Assembly: GCA_041661685.1 (NCBI GenBank)
Contig: JBAZTY010000002.1
Coordinates: 93,126-157,125, forward strand
Reading direction: 5' to 3'
Length of the DNA: 64,000 nucleotides
Source: Patescibacteria group bacterium
GTDB lineage: Bacteria > Patescibacteriota > Patescibacteriia > Patescibacteriales > UBA12465
Positions 53,232 to 61,985 of the stretch are shown one piece after another. A program made the position numbers and the translations under genes. Numbering within the stretch: the stretch's first letter is position 1; each line of letters opens with the position of its first letter. The notes beneath the pieces are model-generated. The model saw only the letters and a program-made list of their open reading frames with translations, did not search any database and had not been told where the DNA came from.

Positions 53232-54740
53232 ATGAAAATATCTATGAATATTAAATGCAAGAGTTATCTTTTGATTTTCAGCCTTATCTTTCTGACCTCC
53301 CCGGTCATAGCGCGTGCGGAAACCGGTTCGGGGTTAGAAATAAAATATGAAGCGGTGGCTTTTACGGCGCCCGTCAGCCTAGAGACGAGTTCTGATGCCC
53401 TAGCCGAGAATCTGCCCTGGGAATGGCAGACGTTGACAGCGGCTTATGAATATTCTTTCACGACGGCCGGATTTTATGATCCGAGCCGACCTCTGACGCT
53501 GAAGATCAGTTACCAGCCGAAGAATAATTATCTCAAGCAGATCTTTTCTTATGATTCTTTATCCAAGACTTGGCGGCCGCTCCTGACGAGCGATAATCCG
53601 CAGGGAAAATACGTGACGGCGACGACCGATGCCGTTTCCGGCCGCGTGGTTGTCTTATATAACCCGGATACTTTGAGCGTGGGCACGGCCAGCTGGTATA
53701 AATACAAAGGCGGATTGTTTACGGCTTCTCCAGATTTTGCCAAGGGCACGGTGCTGCGCGTCTATAATCTTAATAACGGAAAATTTGTCGACGTGACGGT
53801 CAACGATTGGGGGCCGGAGCGCGATAAGCATCCGGACCGAGTCGTCGATCTTGATTATGTCGCTTTCTCAAAGATTGCTTCTCCCGGAGCCGGGCTTATT
53901 CCGGTAAAGATCGAGACGCTTAAGACCGTTCTTCCGGCCGTGAAGCAAGCGACGCCGCAAGAGACTAGTAATTTGAATATCACTGCCTCCTCTGCCATAA
54001 TCATGCTGGAAAAAGACGGCCGTGTTTTATGGGGCAAGAATGAAAACGATTCATCTCCTTTGGCGAGCTTGACGAAATTAGTCGCCATGAAAATATTTTT
54101 AGATACGAAGCCTGATTTAAAAAAAGTCGTCACTTATAAATATCAGGATGAGAAATATAATTACGCTTATTGCAAGCCTTGGGAGTCGGCGCGCCTGACT
54201 GTCAAGGAAGGAGACACGCTGACTATCGAGAACTTAGTTTATAGCGCGCTGGTCGGTTCGGCTAATAACGCCATCGAAAGCCTGGTGCGCGTCAGCGGGC
54301 TCAGCCGCGAAAAATTCATCGCGAGAATGAATGAGGCCGTGAAGGACTGGGGCGCGGGCAGCACTTCTTTTGTCGAGCCGACCGGATTATCTCCGGAGAA
54401 CGTGAGTTCGCCGCTTGATTATGCTATAATAACTAAAGAAGTTTTCGGAAATTCTCTCATCAAGAAGGCTAGCACCGCCGCTAAGTATACTTTCAAGACG
54501 ATTAATACCAAGAAAAATCATACTCTGACGAATACGAACCAGCTCTTGAAATCCGGAACATATCCGATTATCGGCTCCAAGACTGGATATCTTGATGAAG
54601 CCGGTTATTGCCTAATGACTCGTATCCAGACCGCGAACGGAAATCTGATCGCCGTGAATTTCGGTTCGCAGAGCAAGGCGGCTAATTTTTCCGATAACGA
54701 GCAGCTCATCCGCTACGGCCTGCGCCTCATAAAAAAATAA
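53232..54740 (+). CDS. RlpA-like DPBB domain fused to an S11 D-alanyl-D-alanine carboxypeptidase
   Basis: Signal peptide, then ASWYKYKGGLFTASPDFAKGTVLRVYNLNNGKFVDVTVNDWGP (double-psi beta-barrel). The S11 motifs follow: SxxK (ASLTKLV), SxN (GSANNA) and KTG (SKTGYL). Confidence 0.85.
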   Translation: MKISMNIKCKSYLLIFSLIFLTSPVIARAETGSGLEIKYEAVAFTAPVSLETSSDALAENLPWEWQTLTAAYEYSFTTAGFYDPSRPLTLKISYQPKNNYLKQIFSYDSLSKTWRPLLTSDNPQGKYVTATTDAVSGRVVVLYNPDTLSVGTASWYKYKGGLFTASPDFAKGTVLRVYNLNNGKFVDVTVNDWGPERDKHPDRVVDLDYVAFSKIASPGAGLIPVKIETLKTVLPAVKQATPQETSNLNITASSAIIMLEKDGRVLWGKNENDSSPLASLTKLVAMKIFLDTKPDLKKVVTYKYQDEKYNYAYCKPWESARLTVKEGDTLTIENLVYSALVGSANNAIESLVRVSGLSREKFIARMNEAVKDWGAGSTSFVEPTGLSPENVSSPLDYAIITKEVFGNSLIKKASTAAKYTFKTINTKKNHTLTNTNQLLKSGTYPIIGSKTGYLDEAGYCLMTRIQTANGNLIAVNFGSQSKAANFSDNEQLIRYGLRLIKK

Positions 54741-54750
54741 ATCTTTCTTT

Positions 54751-55431
54751 ATGATCACTTTGGAAAATGTCTCTAAATCATACGACCATAGGCACAAGGT
54801 CTTAAAAGATATCTCTTTGAATATTAAGCCGGGAGAATTCGTTTCTATCGTCGGCCAGTCTGGCGCCGGCAAGACGACTCTGGTCCGTCTGCTCATCGGC
54901 GAAGAAAGGGCGGATGAAGGCCGGGTCATGATCGGCGATTGGGATATTACGCGCCTGCGCCATCGGGAGATTCCTTATTTGCGCCGCCAGATTGGTGTTA
55001 TTTTCCAGGACTTTAAATTATTACCAAAGAAAACTTTGGAAGAGAATGTCGCTTTCGCGCTTCAGGTTTCCGGAGGGAAGTCAGACAAGATTAAGAAAGT
55101 AGTCCCGAGCGTCTTAAAGATTGTCGGTCTCGACGATAAGAAGAAGCGCTATCCGAATGAAGTCTCCGGCGGCGAACAGCAGCGGGCGGCTATCGCGCGC
55201 GCTCTCGTCCATCAGCCGAAGATATTATTAGCCGATGAACCGACCGGAAATCTTGATGCGATTAACGCGGATGAGATTATTAACCTATTGCTCCGGATAA
55301 ATAAATTCGGCACGACCGTTATCTTAGTGACCCATAATAAAGAAATCGTGAATCGCCTAAATCGCCGGGTCGTCACTATGGAGAACGGCCAGATTATCAA
55401 TGATCAAGCGCACGGCCGATATCTGCTTTAA
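54751..55431 (+). CDS. ftsE: cell division ABC ATPase FtsE
   Basis: Walker A GQSGAGKTT, the signature VSGGEQQR and Walker B ILLADEPTGNLD. Followed by ftsX. Confidence 0.92.
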   Translation: MITLENVSKSYDHRHKVLKDISLNIKPGEFVSIVGQSGAGKTTLVRLLIGEERADEGRVMIGDWDITRLRHREIPYLRRQIGVIFQDFKLLPKKTLEENVAFALQVSGGKSDKIKKVVPSVLKIVGLDDKKKRYPNEVSGGEQQRAAIARALVHQPKILLADEPTGNLDAINADEIINLLLRINKFGTTVILVTHNKEIVNRLNRRVVTMENGQIINDQAHGRYLL

Positions 55432-55442
55432 TTATTTTTTTT

Positions 55443-56351
55443 ATGCTTTCTCTTTATCGCATCATCAAATTCAGCTTCCAGGACATCGTCAGGAATATCT
55501 GGCTCACGATTGTGACGATTACTATCCTACTCATCGCCCTGTTCTCTATCAACACGCTCTTGACTGTCCGCCTTATTAGCGATAACGCGGTCGGAGTAAT
55601 CAGAGAGAAGATTGATATCAGCCTTTACTTGAAGCCGGATACGATTGAAAGTGAAATCATCGCCTTGAAAAATAAGATTGCGGCTTCTCCGAAAGTCAAA
55701 GAGGTCGTCTATACTTCGAAACAGAGCGCCATTGACGCTTTTCGCTCTAAATATGAGAATGATCCGACCGTGCTCGCCGCTCTGAAAGAATTGGGCCGCA
55801 ATCCCTTATCCCCGAGCTTGACGGTCGTTCCTAAGAATTTTGAAGAATCGAATCTAGTCATTAACGACTTGAAGATGCTCGACAACTCTATTATTGAGTC
55901 CCGGGATTTTTCCGATAATACCGCGATTTTAAATAAGATCTCTGATATCACTAAGCGAGTCAACGAGGTGGGCTTAGGAATAATTTTGATTTTCGTGCTG
56001 ACGAGCTTACTAGTCGTCTATAATGCTATCAGGGTCGCTATCTATACGCATCGCCAGGAGATCGAAATCATGCGGCTCGTCGGCGCCTCTAATTTCTTCA
56101 TCTATATGCCGTACATGTTTTCCGCCTTGGTCTACTCGCTCGTCAGCGTGCTGATCGTTATTTCTATCTTTTATCCTTTCTTGACGCTACTACAGCCTTA
56201 TCTAGAAGCTTTCTTTATGGGCTATAACGTCAATATTCTTTCTTATTTCGTTGAAAATTTCTTGGTCATCTTCGGCGCCCAGTTCTTAGCTATTCTCTTC
56301 ATTAATATCGTCGCTAGCTTATTTGCAGTTAGGAAATACGCTAAGGTTTAA
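55443..56351 (+). CDS. ftsX: cell division permease-like protein FtsX
   Basis: Four-TM FtsX topology with a large first periplasmic loop and RQEIEIMRLVGASNFFI. Confidence 0.9.
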   Translation: MLSLYRIIKFSFQDIVRNIWLTIVTITILLIALFSINTLLTVRLISDNAVGVIREKIDISLYLKPDTIESEIIALKNKIAASPKVKEVVYTSKQSAIDAFRSKYENDPTVLAALKELGRNPLSPSLTVVPKNFEESNLVINDLKMLDNSIIESRDFSDNTAILNKISDITKRVNEVGLGIILIFVLTSLLVVYNAIRVAIYTHRQEIEIMRLVGASNFFIYMPYMFSALVYSLVSVLIVISIFYPFLTLLQPYLEAFFMGYNVNILSYFVENFLVIFGAQFLAILFINIVASLFAVRKYAKV

Positions 56352-56370
56352 AAGAAAGTATCCGGTTCGG

Positions 56371-56399
56371 TTGACATATAGAGCCATTTTTAATAATAT
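56371..56399 (+). promoter_or_regulatory. sigma70-like promoter upstream of tRNA-Gln
   Basis: TTGACA (56371-56376), 17-nt spacer, TAATAT (56394-56399), 25 nt before the tRNA 5' end. Confidence 0.5.
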
Positions 56400-56423
56400 C
56401 CTCTAAGAGAGGGTATTTTAAAT

Positions 56424-56497
56424 TGCGGGATCGTCTAACGGTAGGACAGCGGCCTTTGAAGCCGTTTATCCTGGTTCGAATCCAGGTCCCGCAGCCA
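56424..56497 (+). tRNA. tRNA-Gln (anticodon TTG), CCA encoded
   Basis: TGCGGGA-TC-GTCT-AACGGTA-GGAC-A-GCGGC-CTTTGAA-GCCGT-TTAT-CCTGG-TTCGAAT-CCAGG-TCCCGCA-G-CCA. Confidence 0.92.
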
Positions 56498-56499
56498 AG

Positions 56500-56529
56500 T
56501 TGAGCTAGTACGAGGACTATTAGTATAAT
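56500..56529 (+). promoter_or_regulatory. possible promoter of the first island gene
   Basis: TTGAGC (56500-56505), 18-nt spacer, TATAAT (56524-56529), starting 3 nt after the tRNA. Confidence 0.35.
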
Positions 56530-56562
56530 ATATATAATTATATTGATTTATAAAAATACATT

Positions 56563-57213
56563 ATGAATACGATTATTAATTTTTTTGATTCAAATTTTTT
56601 TGTAGGGTTAGTTACGCTTTTAGCCGGTGCCGTCGCCTTCTTCTTATATTGGAAACAAAAAAATGATTTAAAGAAGGATGCTGCCAATATTGTTCTTTTA
56701 GAAATTCAAAATGCTGAGAGGATATTGGGGCAAGTAGGAGAAAATGTGAGGGCCGGCACCTTACCTAATAAATTTCTCTTGCCAAATGATAGCTGGAGTA
56801 AGTATAAGTATCTGTTTGTTAGATATTTTGATAGAGATGAATGGGATATTATTACAGAATTTTATAATAACTGTAAATTATATGATGAGGCAGTAACATA
56901 TAACGGATCTTTATTTCAAAAGAACGAAGAGCAAATAAGAGTTAATATGCTTCGTGTGCCAGCTGGTTACATTAAAGATTATGTAGACGGAGTTAGAGCT
57001 GAAGATGAGCCAGGGGAAAGAGTTAGACTAGAAGAATTTTTTACAAAATCTACTTTATTCCAGAATACATATCTTTCAAGAGCTAGCTTATTTTTGTATA
57101 ACCCCCAGAAGCCGTTAAATGATGCAAGAGTTGCTTTTGATAACATAAATAGCAGTATATCTCAGGCCTCAATAGGCTCTAAGCTAAAGAAACTTGCAGG
57201 CCTGAAAGCCTAG
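56563..57213 (+). CDS. hypothetical N-terminally anchored protein (first island gene)
   Basis: 216 aa with one TM helix (FFVGLVTLLAGAVAFFLYW), AT-rich codons and no known motif. Confidence 0.6.
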   Translation: MNTIINFFDSNFFVGLVTLLAGAVAFFLYWKQKNDLKKDAANIVLLEIQNAERILGQVGENVRAGTLPNKFLLPNDSWSKYKYLFVRYFDRDEWDIITEFYNNCKLYDEAVTYNGSLFQKNEEQIRVNMLRVPAGYIKDYVDGVRAEDEPGERVRLEEFFTKSTLFQNTYLSRASLFLYNPQKPLNDARVAFDNINSSISQASIGSKLKKLAGLKA

Positions 57214-57349
57214 TTTACTGATATATATTAATAGCGCTCGAAAAGCGTCGTAATAGTAATATAAAATCGCCACAGAGGCCTTACAGGATTTGACCAATTA
57301 TAGTTTTAGTTCAAGTTGTCCGGTCAAGTTGAACTTAGTATCATGGTTC

Positions 57350-57358
57350 GGGGGGGGG
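57350..57358 (+). repeat. G9 homopolymer upstream of the HerA-like gene
   Basis: tcatggttcGGGGGGGGGtag: nine G, ending 30 nt before the ATG at 57389. Confidence 0.95.
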
Positions 57359-57388
57359 TAGTTTTGTTTATTAACTAAATAATTCTAT

Positions 57389-59512
57389 ATGCCAGATTTA
57401 ATTTCAAAAGCATCCGATAGACTCGTAGAGACGGAGTTGAGCAAAGATCTGCAAACTGCAGCAAAAATTATTTCTGATTTAATTGAACCGGAAGCTTATG
57501 TTGGTGAAGTCTATTCCTTGGGATATGAAGAGGCGCTTGTTCAGATACATGATTTTCATAGGCAAAAAGTTGGCGGGATCCCGGCCTTATCATTTTTAAT
57601 CGCAACGAGGATTAATTCTGGTTCGGCGATCGATGTCAAAGAAGAAGATACCTCAGTTATCTTATTACGCGTATTGGATCAGGCAAATTTGCCCAATGCA
57701 GATATGGCTTTGCGTGTTAGAGTAGAAAATGCACAACGTGTTAGTGGTGAACTCAATAAAACATGGGATGATAAAGATGTTATGGATTCGACTACACACA
57801 ATATTTTAAGTTATGCTGGTATTCGGTGTAGAGTTTTGGGTACGTTTTATGTTAATAATTTAACACAAGATAAGGAGAAGCCATCCTATGCCCTTATGTT
57901 CGGGTCAGACCTTAGTAATTATTATCCTAATCGTGGGTTAAAAGTGTTTAAACCTCGCGGTGACGCCTTGGAAAAAATAGTAAATTATCGCGCTCCTAAG
58001 CAAGGAAAAGGCGATGAAGACATCCTGGTTAAAGTTGGAGAAGTTAGATATGCATCTACTAATCGTCAATATCAGCAAATTTCTGGTGTTTCTGTATCAA
58101 TTACCCCCACAGATTTACTTGGGCAAAAAACTGCACTTTTCGGGATGACAAGAACTGGAAAATCAAATACTACAAAAATTATTTTAAAATCTATTTTTGA
58201 ACTTCGTTGGCATAAAAAACCTAACTCCATTGGTCAAGTAGTTTTTGACCCTAACGGAGAGTATGCGAATGAGAATGTCCAAGATCAAGATAGCGAAAAC
58301 AATCCAAATGCTATAAAGAATGTTTGGATGTCAGGGCCAAAAGGATCTCAGAAAGAATTAAAGGGTGATGTTGTCACTTATGGTATAACTCTTCATCCAA
58401 ATGATCCCGATAGGCGGCTAATGAAATTAAATTTTTATTTAGATGAGAATATACAAATTGGTAAGCAAATTATTAATACCGCCCTACTTAGCGATAATGC
58501 TAAGTATATAGCAAATTTTAGAGATGTAATGTTAGACCCGCCAGCAGAGGGGAGCGATTTTGGTGATATTGTTCGTTATCGACGCCGGATTCTTTGTTAT
58601 AGGGCGTTATTACACAAAGCTGGTTTTGAAGTTCCTGCGACAGTTACTCCAAAAACGGAAAAGTTGTTTAGTCAAGATTTTTTGAAGAGTATGCGCGGCG
58701 AAATTGACAACGAAGAAGAACCATCAGCGTACAAAAGGTTCGCCGATATTTTTGAAAAACAAAACCCGAGCTGGGGTGAATTATCTCAAGCAATGCAAGG
58801 ATTGAATGATTACATCGAAGACAAAAAATCTGGGTTTCAAGAATTTGATACTAAGTATTTGGCTAAAAATCCTTCAGAAGAATCATGGGCCGATGAAGAG
58901 TTAAGAAAAATATTAGGGATGTTTAACTACGCCAATGGCTCTCGTCTTATTGGAAGAGTTAAGGAGCAGCATAGCCATAGTTCAAGCCAAGATTATGCAG
59001 ACGAAATCTATGAAGAACTCGAGAAAGGGAAGCTGGTTATTATAGATCAATCAAGTGGTGAGCAAGAGCTAAATAAAGTTTCGGCTGATCGTGTCATGAA
59101 AAAAATATTTGAAAGAAACCGAGCGGTATTTCGTAAAGGTGGTTTGCCTAAAGACATATTAATATACGTTGAAGAGGCTCATAATATTCTTCCATCCGCA
59201 GAAGAAAAAGAACTTTCTGATATCTGGATAAAAACAGCGAAGGAAGGAGCTAAATACCATCTTGGTCTTATTTATATTACGCAAGAAGTCAGCTCCATCC
59301 AAAAAAATATCCTCCGTAATACAGCGAATTGGTTTATAGGTCATCTTAATAATACCGATGAAACAAAAGAATTAAGAAAATTTTATGATTTTGATGACTT
59401 TGAACATAGCATTTTAAGAGCTCAAGATAAGGGATTTTTAAGAATAAAAACTCTCTCAAACCCCTATGTTGTGCCTGCTCAAATTGAGAAATTTACTGTC
59501 GAAAAATTATAA
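57389..59512 (+). CDS. HerA-like (DUF87/FtsK-HerA clade) ATPase
   Basis: N-terminal barrel-like region, Walker [20 protein letters not shown], Walker B-like [13 protein letters not shown], and [31 protein letters not shown]. Confidence 0.8.
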   Translation: MPDLISKASDRLVETELSKDLQTAAKIISDLIEPEAYVGEVYSLGYEEALVQIHDFHRQKVGGIPALSFLIATRINSGSAIDVKEEDTSVILLRVLDQANLPNADMALRVRVENAQRVSGELNKTWDDKDVMDSTTHNILSYAGIRCRVLGTFYVNNLTQDKEKPSYALMFGSDLSNYYPNRGLKVFKPRGDALEKIVNYRAPKQGKGDEDILVKVGEVRYASTNRQYQQISGVSVSITPTDLLGQKTALFGMTRTGKSNTTKIILKSIFELRWHKKPNSIGQVVFDPNGEYANENVQDQDSENNPNAIKNVWMSGPKGSQKELKGDVVTYGITLHPNDPDRRLMKLNFYLDENIQIGKQIINTALLSDNAKYIANFRDVMLDPPAEGSDFGDIVRYRRRILCYRALLHKAGFEVPATVTPKTEKLFSQDFLKSMRGEIDNEEEPSAYKRFADIFEKQNPSWGELSQAMQGLNDYIEDKKSGFQEFDTKYLAKNPSEESWADEELRKILGMFNYANGSRLIGRVKEQHSHSSSQDYADEIYEELEKGKLVIIDQSSGEQELNKVSADRVMKKIFERNRAVFRKGGLPKDILIYVEEAHNILPSAEEKELSDIWIKTAKEGAKYHLGLIYITQEVSSIQKNILRNTANWFIGHLNNTDETKELRKFYDFDDFEHSILRAQDKGFLRIKTLSNPYVVPAQIEKFTVEKL

Positions 59513-59514
59513 AT

Positions 59515-60861
59515 ATGCCATACGAAGGAGAATTTGCTCATTATAAGCCATTGAATCGTATTGTCGAGTCAGAGTGTGTAAAAGGACTACTTAGAAGTGT
59601 TCGAATTTGTGATTCATCCTCAAAAAAAGTAGTTACACTCCTACCAAAATTTATTTCCGATAAAGTAATAAATTTTCCTGATTTTGTTATAGCAATTGAT
59701 GGAAGTCAAACAGAAGTTCCAATTGAAAATGGTTACCCTGGCGCGATGATTGGCTACCTTACTACGGCGAGTGTTCTATTGGATTTGAAAAGAATGAATG
59801 AGCTAGATCAACACAGGCCAGTCGATCCTGTTGAGTTTCGTAAGACCGAGGAAACTTCTGCGCTTGATGCAGCTTTTCCTGGCAGTAATGTAGTTGTTAG
59901 ATCTCATACATCCGCGAAAGATTCATTTAGAGAATCGCTATATGAAAACTTTAAGAATATTATAGTAGACGATGACGGAGTTAGTCTATTGGATACATAC
60001 GAAAAACTTCTTGCGTTAAAGCCAGTAGAACATTCTCAATCTTGTCCATATGAAGCCGATGGGTGCCAAGAACGACTTAATGTATTAGCCGGCGTTACTA
60101 CCTGTTCTTTCACTAAAAAACCTATTTATTCGACTGATGCTTTGAGAGTTTATGAACGATTTAGGGATATAGGTTTAAATGGTGAATCATTGGGAGAAAT
60201 AATGCAGGTATGGGAGAGGGTTCTATTAGTACATCTTTTACGTGGTTTCGAAAGAAGAAATCTATTACACAAGATAAATCAAATTGCTTTTATAATTGAT
60301 GGGCCACTTGCTGTTTTCGGACACCCAGCCTGGCTTAGCAATGCTATAAATAAAGAATTAAAAAGGATTAACAAAATTGTTAAAGAAAAAACCGATACAG
60401 ATTTAATAATATTGGGCATAGAGAAAAGCGGGGAGTTTGTAGAGCATTTTAATACGGTAGATAAATTAGAAACATCAGGACTTAATTTATTTTTACCGGG
60501 AACGTATTCCTTATTGACTGATAAATACATAAAAGAGCGTATTATTTTTTCTAAAAGCGATAAACGATATGGGCTTGATACGTACTTTGGAAGAAAATTT
60601 TTTTATAAAACAAAAAATGGTTATAGAATTGTCGCGAGTATCGCCTTCTTATCTGAAGATCAAGACACATTAGATTCTGATGATATAAGTTTATATCCTA
60701 GATTTGGCACAATTTGTAATATGCTCAATATGTTGGTTTCTTCGCAATATCCGAATTCTTTATCACCGATTATTGCAGCTCATGCTCAGGCGGCGATTCC
60801 TCTACGCTTAGGAGGGAAAGTGCTCGAGCAGCTTGCTAAGGCCTTAATGAGAAAAAATTAA
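59515..60861 (+). CDS. NurA-like nuclease
   Basis: The NurA motif order is present: FVIAIDGSQ (DGS Asp), AFIIDGPLAVFG, LIILGIEKSGEF, and the C-terminal SPIIAAHAQAAIP. The start is 2 nt after the herA-like stop. Confidence 0.7.
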   Translation: MPYEGEFAHYKPLNRIVESECVKGLLRSVRICDSSSKKVVTLLPKFISDKVINFPDFVIAIDGSQTEVPIENGYPGAMIGYLTTASVLLDLKRMNELDQHRPVDPVEFRKTEETSALDAAFPGSNVVVRSHTSAKDSFRESLYENFKNIIVDDDGVSLLDTYEKLLALKPVEHSQSCPYEADGCQERLNVLAGVTTCSFTKKPIYSTDALRVYERFRDIGLNGESLGEIMQVWERVLLVHLLRGFERRNLLHKINQIAFIIDGPLAVFGHPAWLSNAINKELKRINKIVKEKTDTDLIILGIEKSGEFVEHFNTVDKLETSGLNLFLPGTYSLLTDKYIKERIIFSKSDKRYGLDTYFGRKFFYKTKNGYRIVASIAFLSEDQDTLDSDDISLYPRFGTICNMLNMLVSSQYPNSLSPIIAAHAQAAIPLRLGGKVLEQLAKALMRKN

Positions 60862-60868
60862 TATTATT

Positions 60869-61984
60869 ATGGACGGAAAATATTCTAATGCAATAAACCG
60901 ATGGGAGGGTGTAGGACCATATTATGCGATGTTTCCAGCATTATTTGCTAGTAACGTTATAAAAAAATATACTAAATCAGGAGATGTCGTGTTGGATCCT
61001 TTTATGGGTAGAGGCACTTCTGTTTTTGCAGCAACTACGAATGGTCGCGTTGGTATTGGAATGGAAATTAATCCGGTTGGATGGGTTTATGCAAAAACAA
61101 AATTGTCACCCGCCCCAAAGGAAAAAGTAATAAAACGCCTCTGTTTTCTTGATAGTGTTGCTTATCGTTATAAAAACAAGGCAAAGTTGTTGCCCATATT
61201 TTTTCGTTATTGTTACAGTGATAAAGTTGTTTGTTTTTTGTTAGCGGCCAGAGCTGAATTAAAGTGGAAAACCAACCAATCAGATGCAACTTTGATGGCG
61301 TTGATTCTTGTAAGCTTACACGGTAAATATGGCAACGCATTATCGAATCAGATGCGACAGACAAAATCAATGTCTCCTAAGTACTCTATTAATTGGTGGA
61401 AAGAAAGAAAATTATTGCCCCCCCAGATTGATCCAGTAGATTTTTTAAAAAAACGAATTGAGTGGAGATATAAAAATGGAGTTCCGCCGGTACATCAAAA
61501 TTTTTTATATCTTGGCGACAGTTCTCTATTACTTAATAAAGCCAGTAAACAAATAATTGATAAAAAATATAAGCGACCTAAATTACTTTTTACATCCCCT
61601 CCTTACTTAGGAATAACAAACTATCACTATGATCAGTGGCTACGATTATGGATGCTCGGATATGCCGCAGAACCCAAGATATTAAAAGATAAGTATCGAA
61701 GAAAATTTGATAATCTGGAAGAGTATACTAATTTATTGGAAAAAGTATTTCAGAGATCCGCAAAGATAATGCATCCCGATGCAACTATATATGTGAGAAC
61801 TGATTACAGAAAAGAAACTTATCAAATAACTAAAGATATTTTACAGAAGACTTTCCCTCGAAAAAAACTCATCGAGAGAGTTTGTATGTTTCATAAGCCA
61901 ACCCAGACTAACTTATTTAGAAAAAAATCTTCAAAAAAATATAAAGAGAATGGTGGTGAGGTTGATCTAATTTTGATTCCATAG
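60869..61984 (+). CDS. DNA methyltransferase (N4-C/N6-A type), motif I N-terminal, SPPY catalytic motif C-terminal
   Basis: The AdoMet motif VVLDPFMGRGTSVFAA lies near aa 40-55. The catalytic motif LLFTSPPYLGITNY lies near aa 240. The start is 7 nt after the nurA-like stop. Confidence 0.8.
   Translation: MDGKYSNAINRWEGVGPYYAMFPALFASNVIKKYTKSGDVVLDPFMGRGTSVFAATTNGRVGIGMEINPVGWVYAKTKLSPAPKEKVIKRLCFLDSVAYRYKNKAKLLPIFFRYCYSDKVVCFLLAARAELKWKTNQSDATLMALILVSLHGKYGNALSNQMRQTKSMSPKYSINWWKERKLLPPQIDPVDFLKKRIEWRYKNGVPPVHQNFLYLGDSSLLLNKASKQIIDKKYKRPKLLFTSPPYLGITNYHYDQWLRLWMLGYAAEPKILKDKYRRKFDNLEEYTNLLEKVFQRSAKIMHPDATIYVRTDYRKETYQITKDILQKTFPRKKLIERVCMFHKPTQTNLFRKKSSKKYKENGGEVDLILIP
61418..61424 (+). repeat. 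C7 homopolymer inside the methyltransferase ORF
   Basis: ttgCCCCCCCag encodes LPPQ. It is unusual in an otherwise AT-rich gene. Confidence 0.9.
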
Positions 61985-61985
61985 C

